64,000 nt of DNA, taken from the NCBI GenBank assembly GCA_022450395.1, contig JAKUQE010000014.1, forward strand, positions 868-64,867, written 5' to 3'. Source of the DNA: Dehalococcoidia bacterium (GTDB lineage: Bacteria; Chloroflexota; Dehalococcoidia; Lucifugimonadales; UBA3495). Positions within the stretch are counted from its first letter, which is position 1. The number at the start of each line of letters is the position of its first letter. This document shows positions 18,016 through 27,837 of the stretch, one piece after another. The notes beneath the pieces were generated by a model that did no database searches, had not been told where the DNA came from, and saw nothing but the letters and a program-made list of their open reading frames with translations. Made by a program: the position numbers and the translations under genes.

Positions 18016-19050
18016 ATGTTCAAAGGTCAGGAAAGGGGAGATGTCCTGATCAGGGTGGCCGTCGACACTATGGGTGGCGACTTTGGGCCTCCTGAAACGG
18101 TAAAAGGGGCTCTGCAAGGGCTAGACACCCACAACATAGAGTTGCTTCTAGTGGGCGACCAAGACTTGTTAGAATCGGAACTGGCCCACTACGACATCAA
18201 GAACAAACCGGTGAAAGTGGTCGCTTCAGTTGGCAAGATTGGGGACGACGAACACCCCATCGAGGGACTGCGCCGGAAACCTAAATCCTCTATCTTGGTA
18301 GCGACCAAGTTGCTGAAGAGTGGCGATGCCGACCTGTTAGTGTCGATGGGCTCCACCGGCGCGTCGATGGCCAGCTCGGTTTTCATCCTTGGTTTGATGG
18401 ACGGACTGGAACGCCCATGTATCGGCGGCCCCTTCCTCGGCGTGGCGCCTCGGACGGTACTCGTGGACATGGGAAGCAACATAGATTGCCGCCCTCCTTT
18501 GATGCTGAGCTTCGCCGCTCTGGGCTCGGTATTCTCTCAAAAATTCTTGGGGATAGATAATCCGAGGGTCGGCCTGCTCAGCGTGGGCTCCGAAGCCGCA
18601 AAGGGCAACCGCCAGGTACATGAGAGTTATCAGCTACTTCAAGAAAGCCACCTCAACTTCATCGGCAACGTGGAAGGTATGGACTTCTTCACCGGCCGGG
18701 TCGACGTTATTGTCTGCGACGGTTTCGTGGGAAATATCCTCATGAAATTCACCGAGGGATTGGGAACCGCCCTCTCCCATTACGTAGAGCAGCGTTTGGC
18801 GGACCATTTACCCGCCGCCGAACTTGCCAAAGTCTCCTCCGACCTCTGGGAAACCACCAACATGCCGCGGACCATGGGCGGCCCTCTGTTCGGCGTGAAC
18901 GGAATGGTCATATTGGGACATGGATCTTGCCGGGCCAGCGGTATCGCAGGCGCCATCAATACCGGCGTGCGCTGCGTCCAGATCGGTATGGTTGACAGTA
19001 TGAGACAAGAGCTGGCTCAGCTTTCCAGCACGGAAGTCCTGAAGAATTAG
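18016..19050 (+). CDS. plsX: Phosphate acyltransferase
   Basis: IRVAVDTMGGDFGP...LVSMGSTGA...CDGFVGNILMKFTEG...ILGHG. Confidence 0.92.
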   Translation: MFKGQERGDVLIRVAVDTMGGDFGPPETVKGALQGLDTHNIELLLVGDQDLLESELAHYDIKNKPVKVVASVGKIGDDEHPIEGLRRKPKSSILVATKLLKSGDADLLVSMGSTGASMASSVFILGLMDGLERPCIGGPFLGVAPRTVLVDMGSNIDCRPPLMLSFAALGSVFSQKFLGIDNPRVGLLSVGSEAAKGNRQVHESYQLLQESHLNFIGNVEGMDFFTGRVDVIVCDGFVGNILMKFTEGLGTALSHYVEQRLADHLPAAELAKVSSDLWETTNMPRTMGGPLFGVNGMVILGHGSCRASGIAGAINTGVRCVQIGMVDSMRQELAQLSSTEVLKN

Positions 19051-19053
19051 TGT

Positions 19054-19806
19054 ATGCAGGGAATTGACTTAAGCGGGTCAGTTGCTCTGGTCACCGGCGC
19101 CTCTCGTGGCATCGGAGCGGTGATCGCCCGGCGCTTGGCCGAAGCCGGGGTCAAAGTTGGAGTCAACTACCTCTCAAGCCCGGAATCAGCAGAAGAAGTC
19201 GTATCCTCCATCATCAGCGCCGGGGGAGAAGCCTTGATGGTAGAAGGGGACGTATCCCAAGAGGAACCCGCCAAGTCGACCGTACAGCAGGTGGTGAGCA
19301 ATTGGGGACGCATCGATATTCTCGTCAATAACGCCGGCATCAACCGTGACCGCCTACTCCTCAGGATGAATACGGACGACTGGGACCAAGTCATCCAAGT
19401 CGATCTACGGGGAGCCTTCCTTTGCACCCGGTTCGTTATGCCTCATCTGATAAAACAGCGTAGCGGCCGAGTGGTAAACATCTCATCCGTGGTGGGCATC
19501 AGCGGCAACCCAGGGCAAGCCAACTACGCCGCCGCCAAGGCCGGTCTGATTGGATTCACTAAATCGGTGGCCCGGGAAGTGGCCTCCCGCAACGTAACGG
19601 TCAATGCCCTGGCTCCTGGCTACATAACCACCGGCATGGTGGAGAAATTATCGGAGGCCGCCCGGGAGAAGATACTAAGCCGCATCCCCATGGGCCGTTT
19701 CGGCGTTGCCGAGGACGTCTCGGAAGCGGTAGTCTTCCTTTGCAGCAAGGGCGCTTCCTACATCACCGGCGAGGTGTTGACTATAGACGGGGGAATGATC
19801 GCTTAG
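19054..19806 (+). CDS. fabG: 3-oxoacyl-[ACP] reductase (SDR)
   Basis: VTGASRGIG...LVNNAGI...NISSVVG...YAAAKAG...PGYITT. Located directly after plsX. Confidence 0.85.
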   Translation: MQGIDLSGSVALVTGASRGIGAVIARRLAEAGVKVGVNYLSSPESAEEVVSSIISAGGEALMVEGDVSQEEPAKSTVQQVVSNWGRIDILVNNAGINRDRLLLRMNTDDWDQVIQVDLRGAFLCTRFVMPHLIKQRSGRVVNISSVVGISGNPGQANYAAAKAGLIGFTKSVAREVASRNVTVNALAPGYITTGMVEKLSEAAREKILSRIPMGRFGVAEDVSEAVVFLCSKGASYITGEVLTIDGGMIA

Positions 19807-19963
19807 ACAGACTGCCCCCTAACTTGCCGGACAACGCAGCAGGGTGCGCGCCGCCACAAGCCTTCCTTGTACTGCGCTAACCCCTGGGCTTAGGCAGGCT
19901 TGAAGCAGGAAACCCATCCGGCCCGTTATTAAGACACCGGCCGGCCCATTAAGGGAGGCCAAA

Positions 19964-20860
19964 ATGGACACAAGCGAGAATCCGGCCAGCCGTTTGCGCC
20001 GAATGCTGCGTGAGCCCGGCATTATCGTCGCGCCGGGCGCCTACGATTGCCTCACCGCCAGAATCATCCAGCAAGCGGGATTCCCGGCCGTTTACATGAC
20101 TGGCGCCGGCACCTCCGTCGCCGCCTTGGGCTATCCCGATCTGGGATTAGCTACGATGACGGAAATGGTTTCCAACGCGGCAGGCATCGCCGACACGGTT
20201 GACGTACCGGTCATCGCCGACGCCGACACCGGATACGGCGGCATCTTGAACGTGCAGCGAACGGTCCACCAGTACGAAAGGGCTGGCGTGGCGGCCATCC
20301 ACATCGAGGACCAAGACATCCCCAAGCGGTGCGGACACCTGGACGACAAGCGAATCATTTCCATCGGGGACATGGTTCAGAAAGTCCGGGCCGCAGTGGA
20401 CGCCCGCAACGACCCAGACTTCGTGATCATCGTCCGCACCGACGCTTTGGCGGTTTCCGGTTGGGACGACACCATGCGCCGTTGCGACGCATACGTCGAG
20501 GCAGGCGCCGACGTCCTGTTCGTCGAAGCGCTACGGACGCCCGAAGAAGCGGAAAAGGTCACCAGCAACTTCAACGTCCCGTTGCTGTACAACTTCGTGG
20601 AATCCGGCAAATCACCCTTGATTCCCGCCGATGAATTGGAGCGATTGGGTTTCAAGTTGGTAATCTTCCCGGGAAGCGCCTTCATGGTGGTCTGCCAGGC
20701 CGTCTCCGAGTTGATGAGTGAGCTAAAAAATACAGGAACGACGGCATCCATGATGGACCGAATGGCGACCCTTCATCAATGTTTTGAAACGGTAGGACTT
20801 TCCCAAATGCTGGCCCAAGACGCCCAATATGCCGGCCTGGGATCCGCGACTTCGGGCTAA
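19964..20860 (+). CDS. Isocitrate lyase/PEP mutase family protein (2-methylisocitrate lyase-like)
   Basis: APGAYDCLTARIIQQAGFPAVYMTGAG...DADTGYGG...AAIHIEDQDIPKRCGH (KRCGH motif). Confidence 0.8.
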   Translation: MDTSENPASRLRRMLREPGIIVAPGAYDCLTARIIQQAGFPAVYMTGAGTSVAALGYPDLGLATMTEMVSNAAGIADTVDVPVIADADTGYGGILNVQRTVHQYERAGVAAIHIEDQDIPKRCGHLDDKRIISIGDMVQKVRAAVDARNDPDFVIIVRTDALAVSGWDDTMRRCDAYVEAGADVLFVEALRTPEEAEKVTSNFNVPLLYNFVESGKSPLIPADELERLGFKLVIFPGSAFMVVCQAVSELMSELKNTGTTASMMDRMATLHQCFETVGLSQMLAQDAQYAGLGSATSG

Positions 20861-20882
20861 CGGGGGGAAATATCGAACTTCC

Positions 20883-21512
20883 ATGAGCACTGAACTGGAC
20901 GTATTCGTCAAGGAGTCCCTTGCCCAAGGGCTGGAGCGTAGCGCGATCCGCGAAGTTCTTCTGCGGGCCGGTTGGCGTGAAGATGAACTGACCACCGCGT
21001 TGTCGGCCTATGCGGAGATCGACTTCCCAGTGCCGGTGCCCAGGCCCAAACCTTACCTGCAGGCCCGGGAAGCATTTTTATACCTGGTCTCCTTTATAGC
21101 GCTTTACGTCACCGCCTTCAGTTTAATTACCCTCATCTTCGGCTTTATCGACAAGACCTTCCCAGACCCTCTTTCCCACGGAGGGGGGTTGGGCGGAATC
21201 AGAATGGCCCTGGCATCCATAATCGTCACCTTCCCGGTATACCTTTTCTTGATGTGGCGGCTCACCAAGGACGCCGCGGTCTATCCGGAACGCCGGCAGT
21301 CCAGGCTTCGCAAGTGGCTCACGTACTTCACGCTGGTCGTCGCATCGAGCATCATCGCCGGAGACTTAATAACTTTATTGGCGAAGCTCTTGGGAGGGGA
21401 CCTGTCGGCTCCGTTCATTCTGAAAGTTTTGACTATACTGTTGGTTGTAGGCTCCATTTTCGGCTATTACTTGTGGGACCTGCGGCAATCGGAGAAGGTT
21501 GACCAGCAATGA
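20883..21512 (+). CDS. DUF5671-like membrane protein
   Basis: Soluble N-terminal helix bundle (LDVFVKESLAQGLERSAIREVLLRAGWREDELTTAL) followed by four TM segments. ATG 20883 chosen over the track start. Confidence 0.65.
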   Translation: MSTELDVFVKESLAQGLERSAIREVLLRAGWREDELTTALSAYAEIDFPVPVPRPKPYLQAREAFLYLVSFIALYVTAFSLITLIFGFIDKTFPDPLSHGGGLGGIRMALASIIVTFPVYLFLMWRLTKDAAVYPERRQSRLRKWLTYFTLVVASSIIAGDLITLLAKLLGGDLSAPFILKVLTILLVVGSIFGYYLWDLRQSEKVDQQ

Positions 21513-21979
21513 AATCGCCAGCCCCGCTCAAGGTTTTCATGGCGCTGGCTATCCTGGTGGTGGTTTCGTCGGTCAGCTACGGCATTTATCTGGTTGGAAC
21601 GCCCGCGGAACAGCGTACGCTGAAGTTTGACCAAAGAAGGGTGGGCGACCTGACCGACATCTCCTTTGCCGTGGCCTCATACTGGGAGGATACCGACCGG
21701 TTACCCGAAACACTTGCCGACCTGCAAGGACGCCAGACCTTTATCCGCTCCGCGGAAGATCCGGAAACAGGCGAGCCCTACGAGTACCGGGTGTTGAGTG
21801 AGAAAGGTTACGAATTATGCGCCGTTTTCACCACCGATTCTGCCGAACAAGACCGGGAGTTTCCACCTCCCTTCTCAGCTAGAGTGTGGGAGCACAGCGC
21901 TGGCAGAGTGTGCTTTGGGCTGGAAGCGGCATCTATAGACGAAATGAGGCGGCGTGGGGGGCCGGTGCGGGCACCATAG
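21509..21979 (+). CDS. Hypothetical N-terminally membrane-anchored protein
   Basis: ATGA start/stop overlap with the upstream gene. One TM segment (VFMALAILVVVSSVSYGIYLV). No motif I recognise. Confidence 0.5.
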   Translation: MKSPAPLKVFMALAILVVVSSVSYGIYLVGTPAEQRTLKFDQRRVGDLTDISFAVASYWEDTDRLPETLADLQGRQTFIRSAEDPETGEPYEYRVLSEKGYELCAVFTTDSAEQDREFPPPFSARVWEHSAGRVCFGLEAASIDEMRRRGGPVRAP

Positions 21980-22001
21980 CGGCGCTGAGCAGGGGGACAA
22001 C

Positions 22002-22523
22002 ATGGCCAACGTAGTGCTCGTTATAGACATGGTTAAGGGATTCCTGGAGCCCGGCCACAACCTGTACTGCGGCGATGAAGCCAGAGAAATCATCCCAAAC
22101 GTGCTGGGTTTGTTGCAGCGGGAACAAGCCGCCGGTTCTGAAATCCTGTTTATATCAGACCATCACGACCCCGACGACCTGGAGTTCCAGATTTTTCCGG
22201 TGCACTGTGTCAAGGGGACCGAGGAGCCGAACGTCATCCCTGAGTTGGAGTCCTTCGTCACCACAGCCAACGTGGTGCCCAAGAACCGTTACAGCGGTTT
22301 TTTCAACACGGACCTGGCCCAAAGACTGGATAGATCCAAACCCGAAAAAATCATTATTTGCGGGGTTTGCACCGACATCTGCGTACTTCACACGACCGCC
22401 GACGCCCGGAACCGGGATTACCAGGTAGAGGTACCCACGAACTGCGTGGCAACATTCGATCCCGGCGCCCACACGTGGGCTTTGGGACATCTTCAGAAAA
22501 TTTTGGGGGCGAAGGTAGTGTAA
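22002..22523 (+). CDS. Isochorismatase-family hydrolase (nicotinamidase-like)
   Basis: VLVIDMVKGF...SDHHDPDD...IIICGVCTDICVLHTTADA, consistent with the Asp-Lys-Cys triad context. Confidence 0.8.
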   Translation: MANVVLVIDMVKGFLEPGHNLYCGDEAREIIPNVLGLLQREQAAGSEILFISDHHDPDDLEFQIFPVHCVKGTEEPNVIPELESFVTTANVVPKNRYSGFFNTDLAQRLDRSKPEKIIICGVCTDICVLHTTADARNRDYQVEVPTNCVATFDPGAHTWALGHLQKILGAKVV

Positions 22524-22535
22524 CTGGGAAATCAG

Positions 22536-23078
22536 ATGCAGTTATTCTTCATCTATGGACCAGCGGCCTCAGGGAAGCTCACAGTTGCCCTCGAACTTGG
22601 GGAGAAGATAGGCTTTCCGATCTTTCATAATCACCTTGTCGTAGACATGCTGTTGGCCCTGTTCGAGTTCGGAGTCCCGGCGTTCGTAGAATTGCGGGAA
22701 ATGATCTGGCTACAGGTAATGGGTCAGGCCGCACAAGAACGGCTCCCTGGTCTCATTTTCACTTTTACGCCCGAGCGAACCGTACGTCCCGATTTCATTG
22801 GAAGGTTGGCCTCCACTGTTGAGAAAGCGGAAGGCGAGGTGCTGGTTGTCCAACTTACTTGTCCGGAAGAGGAATTAGAGAGGCGGATTGAGAACGAGTC
22901 ACGGGCTGAATTTGGCAAACTGCGTTCGCTGGAACTCTACCGGCAGTTGCGGGACGAAGGGGCCTTTGCGTTTCCGCCGGTGCCCAACACCCGCCTGACC
23001 ATCGATACTTCCAAATCGGATGCGAACGCATCAGCGAGCAAGATTGTGGAGTACTTTGGCTTACCAACCCGTTCTTGA
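22536..23078 (+). CDS. Small P-loop ATP-binding protein (kinase-like)
   Basis: The N-terminal FIYGPAASGKLT resembles a Walker A motif. No further assignment possible. Confidence 0.55.
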   Translation: MQLFFIYGPAASGKLTVALELGEKIGFPIFHNHLVVDMLLALFEFGVPAFVELREMIWLQVMGQAAQERLPGLIFTFTPERTVRPDFIGRLASTVEKAEGEVLVVQLTCPEEELERRIENESRAEFGKLRSLELYRQLRDEGAFAFPPVPNTRLTIDTSKSDANASASKIVEYFGLPTRS

Positions 23079-23121
23079 ACCGAGTCCAAGCCGCCCTTTT
23101 AAAAAGAGAATTTCTCCGGCC

Positions 23122-24339
23122 TCACGCGATCGCCCCGGCGATCACCGCCTCAATCATATCCTCGTCGGTCATCCCCAATAGCTCTTTCAACACGAACTCA
23201 TTGTGCTGTCCCAATAGAGGAGCAGGGGAGCGCGGGCCGCTGTCGTAACCTTGGATGCGGAACTGGTGGCCGGTATACGGGATGTTGCCCATCTCCGGGT
23301 GGTCCAGGTAGTGGTATAGGTTGCGGTGGGCCAGTTGAGGGTCTTGGAGCAAGTCGCTGCTCCGCTGCACCACGCCGGAGGGTACACCGTGGGCCTGCAG
23401 CAACTGCATCACTTCCTGGGCCGTTTTGTCACTGGTCCACTGCTTAAGGTGCTCGTCGATCTTGCCGTGATGAGCCAACCGGCCCGCGACGGCTTGAAAG
23501 CGGTCATCGCCGGCCCACGCCGGGTCGCCCATGGCCCGGCGCAATCCATCCCACTGCTGCTCCGTATCCACTGCAATGGCGCACCATTGATCATCCCCGG
23601 CGCAGGGGTAGGCCCCGTGAGGAGCGGCGGTGTCCGACCGGTTGCCGTTTCGGGAGACAAGTCTGCCCGAGGCGTTGTAGTCGATGATCTGAGGGGCTAG
23701 AAACTGCAACCCCATCTCCATCTGGGCGGCATCTATATGCTGGCCCCTTCCCGTTCTGCGCCGATGGTCCAAAGCGGCCATGACCAACGCCGCGATGAAA
23801 CGGGGAGATACAGTGTCGGTGTAGGCCGTCCATGGACCGTCTGGCGGCAGGTCCGGCCAGCCAGTGATCTCGTAGTATCCGGCGATAGCGCCCGCATGGA
23901 AACCGTAACCGGCGAAGGACCTGGCGGACCCGGTCTGCCCCATGAGGCAGGTGCTAACCATGAGGATATCGGGGTTCAGCTCACGGGCTCTCTCGTAGCC
24001 GATACCCAATGCACTCATCGTGCCGGCTGTAAAACTCTCGATGTACACGTCGGCCCATTCAATGAGGCGGCAAGCAACGTCTAGGCCGGCCTGGTTCTTC
24101 AGGTCCAAGGTGAGCCCATACTTGGAAGCGTTGAAATCCCCATAGAAATGGGAGCGGTTGGGGCCCGGCACGCCATCTTTGAATGGACCGGCAATGCGCA
24201 AGATGTCAGGACGCCCTTCGGTTTCTACTCTCACCACCGTCGCCCCGTGGTCCGCCAAGTATTTGGCTGTGATTGGGCCCACCCCCACCCAGGAAAAGTC
24301 GGCGACTTTGAGGCCGTCAAAGGGAAGCTGTTCAGTCAT
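23122..24339 (-). CDS. Family III CoA-transferase (CaiB/BaiF)
   Basis: LKVADFSWVGVGPITAKYLADHGATVVRVE...NRSHFYGDFNASK...DLKN, typical family III pattern. Confidence 0.9.
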   Translation of the reverse strand: MTEQLPFDGLKVADFSWVGVGPITAKYLADHGATVVRVETEGRPDILRIAGPFKDGVPGPNRSHFYGDFNASKYGLTLDLKNQAGLDVACRLIEWADVYIESFTAGTMSALGIGYERARELNPDILMVSTCLMGQTGSARSFAGYGFHAGAIAGYYEITGWPDLPPDGPWTAYTDTVSPRFIAALVMAALDHRRRTGRGQHIDAAQMEMGLQFLAPQIIDYNASGRLVSRNGNRSDTAAPHGAYPCAGDDQWCAIAVDTEQQWDGLRRAMGDPAWAGDDRFQAVAGRLAHHGKIDEHLKQWTSDKTAQEVMQLLQAHGVPSGVVQRSSDLLQDPQLAHRNLYHYLDHPEMGNIPYTGHQFRIQGYDSGPRSPAPLLGQHNEFVLKELLGMTDEDMIEAVIAGAIA

Positions 24340-24348
24340 AAACTCCTC

Positions 24349-25575
24349 CTAAGCTCTTTCGGAGCCGGTTGCTTCGGCGATTTCCCCAGACGACAAACCC
24401 AATATCCCGCCCAGGATTTCACCGTTGTGCTGGCCCAGGCTAGGCGCCCAACACCGCACGCCCATGGGTGTCTCCGTCAACCGGGCGAACAGTCCGGGCG
24501 CAGGCATTTCGCGCCCATCAGGCAACGGCGCTTGCAGCCAAAATCCCCTCTCCTCAAGCTGGCGGAAGCGGGTCAGGTCCTCCGTCGTGCTCACGGGGGC
24601 GATGGTAATATCCTCTCGCAATCCTCGTTCCAGTAATTCCCGTTTGGTGTAGTTCCGAACGTAACGCCGGGTGGCTTCCACCGTCTCCTCCAAGGGGTAC
24701 GTAACCGGCATATCTTGCAAGAAGCGCCTCTCGTAGGTCGGCCAGTCTTCACCTTCGATCCACTCTTCGGGAACTATGCCGTCTTCGACTAGCCAGTGCA
24801 CGAACTTCACCATGGTCGAGCCAACGTTGATCATGACCACGTAGCCGTCAGCGCATTCGAAGACCACCGGGACCTTCGTTGCGCCAAGCTGAAGATCGGA
24901 ACCCCCCCGGTTAATGTCAAAACCTTGGATGGCGTGGGCGGCCATGCCGTGTAGCATGGTCCACACCATGGCGGTTTGGGCGGATACGTCGACGAATTGG
25001 GCCTCACCGGTTCGCACCATTAAGGCGTGAGCGGTCATCGCGCCAACAGCCGCCTCAGCTGATGTCTGGAGCCAGACTTGGGGCACGGTTATACGCACCG
25101 GAGGCCGGTTCGGGTGTCCTTGAAGACTCATCGGTCCGCCCATGGCCGCCAGGGTAAGATCGTTAGCCGCGAACCCGGAGTAGGGTCCGTCTTGTCCGTA
25201 GGCGGTGATCGCGACGTAGACCAGGCGGGGATTGCGCTTCCGTAACTCGTCGAAACCCAAGCCAAGGGAGGCCATTTCCCCCGGCTCGGCCGATTCGATG
25301 AAGAAGTCAGCTTTTCCCACCAGGGTCAGCAGCGTCCGGCGGCCGGGTTCGGCGTGAAGGTCCAACGTGATCCCACGTTTGTTGCGGTTATAAGAGAAAA
25401 AATTCAGGCTTTGCTCCGGCTTGGGAGCGTCTTCCAGAAAGGGAGCGAGCCGGCGGCTGGGAGAGCCGTCAGGCGGTTCAACTTTAATCACGTCGGCGCC
25501 CATGTCGCCAAGCATCATGGCGGTCAACTCGCCCCGGTGGTCCGTCAAGTCCAGCACGGTATAAGGACTTAGCAT
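24349..25575 (-). CDS. Family III CoA-transferase (CaiB/BaiF), tandem paralogue
   Basis: YTVLDLTDHRGELTAMMLGDMGADVIKVEPP...NRNKRGITLDL. AGGAGGG precedes ATG 25575. Confidence 0.9.
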   Translation of the reverse strand: MLSPYTVLDLTDHRGELTAMMLGDMGADVIKVEPPDGSPSRRLAPFLEDAPKPEQSLNFFSYNRNKRGITLDLHAEPGRRTLLTLVGKADFFIESAEPGEMASLGLGFDELRKRNPRLVYVAITAYGQDGPYSGFAANDLTLAAMGGPMSLQGHPNRPPVRITVPQVWLQTSAEAAVGAMTAHALMVRTGEAQFVDVSAQTAMVWTMLHGMAAHAIQGFDINRGGSDLQLGATKVPVVFECADGYVVMINVGSTMVKFVHWLVEDGIVPEEWIEGEDWPTYERRFLQDMPVTYPLEETVEATRRYVRNYTKRELLERGLREDITIAPVSTTEDLTRFRQLEERGFWLQAPLPDGREMPAPGLFARLTETPMGVRCWAPSLGQHNGEILGGILGLSSGEIAEATGSERA

Positions 25576-25717
25576 TTTGGCCCTCCTGAAGGATGGCGGG
25601 ATTATAGCACGGCATTTACGCCTTGCGGTTTCTCAAAATACCGGCGTATGATGGTGTTTGTACAAGCGATGTTTTCCAAGTCCTGGCGCGGCCCAAATCC
25701 GGCGGAACGAGGTTAAT

Positions 25718-27748
25718 ATGCTCTTCCGTAACTACCTGTACTCCCAGTGGGACGGCACTCAGCGCATCTTCGAATTAGACGCTGAAGAACTGATGGACCG
25801 GCTTTCCGATGAAATCATGAACCAAGGCGATGTCATGAGCGCCCTGCGGGAGATGCTACGTCAGGGTTTCCAAGACCGGGACGGTCAGCAGATACCCGGC
25901 CTCAGGGACATCATGGAGCAACTGAAGAACCGCCGCCGCCAGCAGATGCAACAGTACAACATGGACTCGGTAGTGGACGACCTCAAGGAACGCCTGGAAG
26001 ACATTCTCCGCACGGAAAGAGAAGGCATCCAACACCGTTTGGATCAGGCTCGGGAACAGGTAGATGCCACCCCCGAAGACGAGCGGTCCGAACAAGAAAG
26101 CCTATACAAGCTGTTGGACCAACGGGCGCGGCGCAACCAGGAGAAACTTGACCAATTACCGGAAGGGATCGGCGGGCAGATCAAAGAACTCATGGAATAC
26201 GACTTCATGGACCCGGAAGCCCAGCAGAAATTCCAGGAGCTTCTGGACATGCTCAAAAGCCAGATGGCTCAAAACGTGTCTCAACAGATGCGTGACCAGA
26301 TCCAGGGTATGACCCCGGACCAGATGGCGGCGATGCAGGAGATGCTGCGCCAACTCAATCAGATGATGAAGGACAAGCTGGAGGGTCTGGAACCCGACTT
26401 CCAGGGCTTTATGGACCAATTCGGCTCCGCCTTCGGCCCCAACCCGCCCCAGTCCTTTGACGAACTCATGGAGATGCTGCAACAGCAGCTTGGGCAGATG
26501 CAGTCCATGATGGACAGCATGTCCCCGGAGATGCGCCAGGAGATGGAAGACGCGCTGATGTCGGCCCTGGACCCTGAGACCCGGCAACAGATGTCCCAGT
26601 TCGCGTCGCTCATGGAGCAACTGATGCCGATGGACGAATTGCGGCGCCAATACCCCTTCCTGGGCGACGACAGTCTAACCATGGAACAGGCCATGGAGAT
26701 GATGGCGAATCTCCAGGACTTAGACCAACTAGAACAACAGCTACAAGAGGCCATGCGTACCGGGCAGCTGGACAACTTGGACCCGGATAAGCTGGCCGAG
26801 TTGCTGGGAGAAGAGGCCCGCAAGGCATGGGAGGAACTGGACCGCCTGCGCAAGATGTTGCAAGAAGCGGGTTACGTCACCGCTGACGACAAGATGGACC
26901 TAACGGCTCGCGGCATCCGCCGTATCGGCCAGAAGGCCCTTAAGGAAGTTTTCGCCAACTTGAAGAAGGACCGGTTGGGCGATCACCGAATGGATGTTCG
27001 AGGCGCCAACGGCGACCGTTTGGGCGAGACAAAGATCTACGAGTTTGGTGACCCCTTCGATGTGGACCTGCAGACCACGGTGAAGAACGCGGTCATCCGG
27101 GGCGGTCCAGGATTGCCGGTCCAGTTGACTCCCCAGGACTTTGAGATTTACCGCAGCGAGCACATGACTCGGTCGTCCACCGCGGTCCTGCTGGACCAAA
27201 GCCGGTCCATGGGCCTATTCAATAACTTCCAAGCGGCCAAAAAGGTAACCCTGGCCCTGATGTCTCTCATTCGAAGCCAATACCCGCGTGACTCCCTATT
27301 TATTATCGGCTTTTCCGACTACGCCCGGGAGATCAAAGAGGAAGACCTGGCCAAATCCAGTTGGAATGCTTGGGTTTCCGGGACGAATCTGCACCATGCC
27401 TTGATGCTGGCCCGCAAGCTGCTGAACAAGGAAAAGGGAAGCACCCGCCAGATCTTGCTGATCACCGATGGCGAGCCCACGGCCCACCTGGAAGGGGACC
27501 GGGCTTATTTCAGCTATCCACCCAGCTACCGCACAGAGCAGGAAACCCTAAAGGAAGTCAAGCGTTGCACTCAGGAAGACATCCTGATCAACACCTTCAT
27601 GCTGGAGAACTCTTACCAGCTGGTAAACTTTATCGACCGTTTGACCAGGATCAACCGGGGCCGGGCTTTCTACTCCAGCTCCGCCAATCTGGGCGAATAC
27701 GTTCTGGTAGACTATGTACAGAACCGCCGGAAAAAAGTGACGGCATAG
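25718..27748 (+). CDS. VWA domain protein with a long acidic Met/Gln-rich helical N-terminal region
   Basis: C-terminal MIDAS elements LLDQSRSM ... GTN ... LITDGEPT. The N-terminal ~400 aa are rich in E/D/Q/M (MQEMLRQLNQMMKD, LGQMQSMMDSMSPEMRQEMED). ATG 25718 follows GAGG. Confidence 0.8.
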   Translation: MLFRNYLYSQWDGTQRIFELDAEELMDRLSDEIMNQGDVMSALREMLRQGFQDRDGQQIPGLRDIMEQLKNRRRQQMQQYNMDSVVDDLKERLEDILRTEREGIQHRLDQAREQVDATPEDERSEQESLYKLLDQRARRNQEKLDQLPEGIGGQIKELMEYDFMDPEAQQKFQELLDMLKSQMAQNVSQQMRDQIQGMTPDQMAAMQEMLRQLNQMMKDKLEGLEPDFQGFMDQFGSAFGPNPPQSFDELMEMLQQQLGQMQSMMDSMSPEMRQEMEDALMSALDPETRQQMSQFASLMEQLMPMDELRRQYPFLGDDSLTMEQAMEMMANLQDLDQLEQQLQEAMRTGQLDNLDPDKLAELLGEEARKAWEELDRLRKMLQEAGYVTADDKMDLTARGIRRIGQKALKEVFANLKKDRLGDHRMDVRGANGDRLGETKIYEFGDPFDVDLQTTVKNAVIRGGPGLPVQLTPQDFEIYRSEHMTRSSTAVLLDQSRSMGLFNNFQAAKKVTLALMSLIRSQYPRDSLFIIGFSDYAREIKEEDLAKSSWNAWVSGTNLHHALMLARKLLNKEKGSTRQILLITDGEPTAHLEGDRAYFSYPPSYRTEQETLKEVKRCTQEDILINTFMLENSYQLVNFIDRLTRINRGRAFYSSSANLGEYVLVDYVQNRRKKVTA

Positions 27749-27837
27749 GGGGATTCCCGCGCGCCTGAGAGTGTGTTAACATAATCTGAATCAAATCAAT
27801 TGAACCGGGTCGTGAGGCTGTCCTTGATTGGGATGGC

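Noticed and set aside
26156-26853. Two 164-aa antisense ORFs within the VWA protein's low-complexity region
   Set aside because: The CAG/ATG/GAG-rich repetitive coding sequence keeps the opposite strand open. The products are His/Leu or Ser/Cys-rich with no structure signal.
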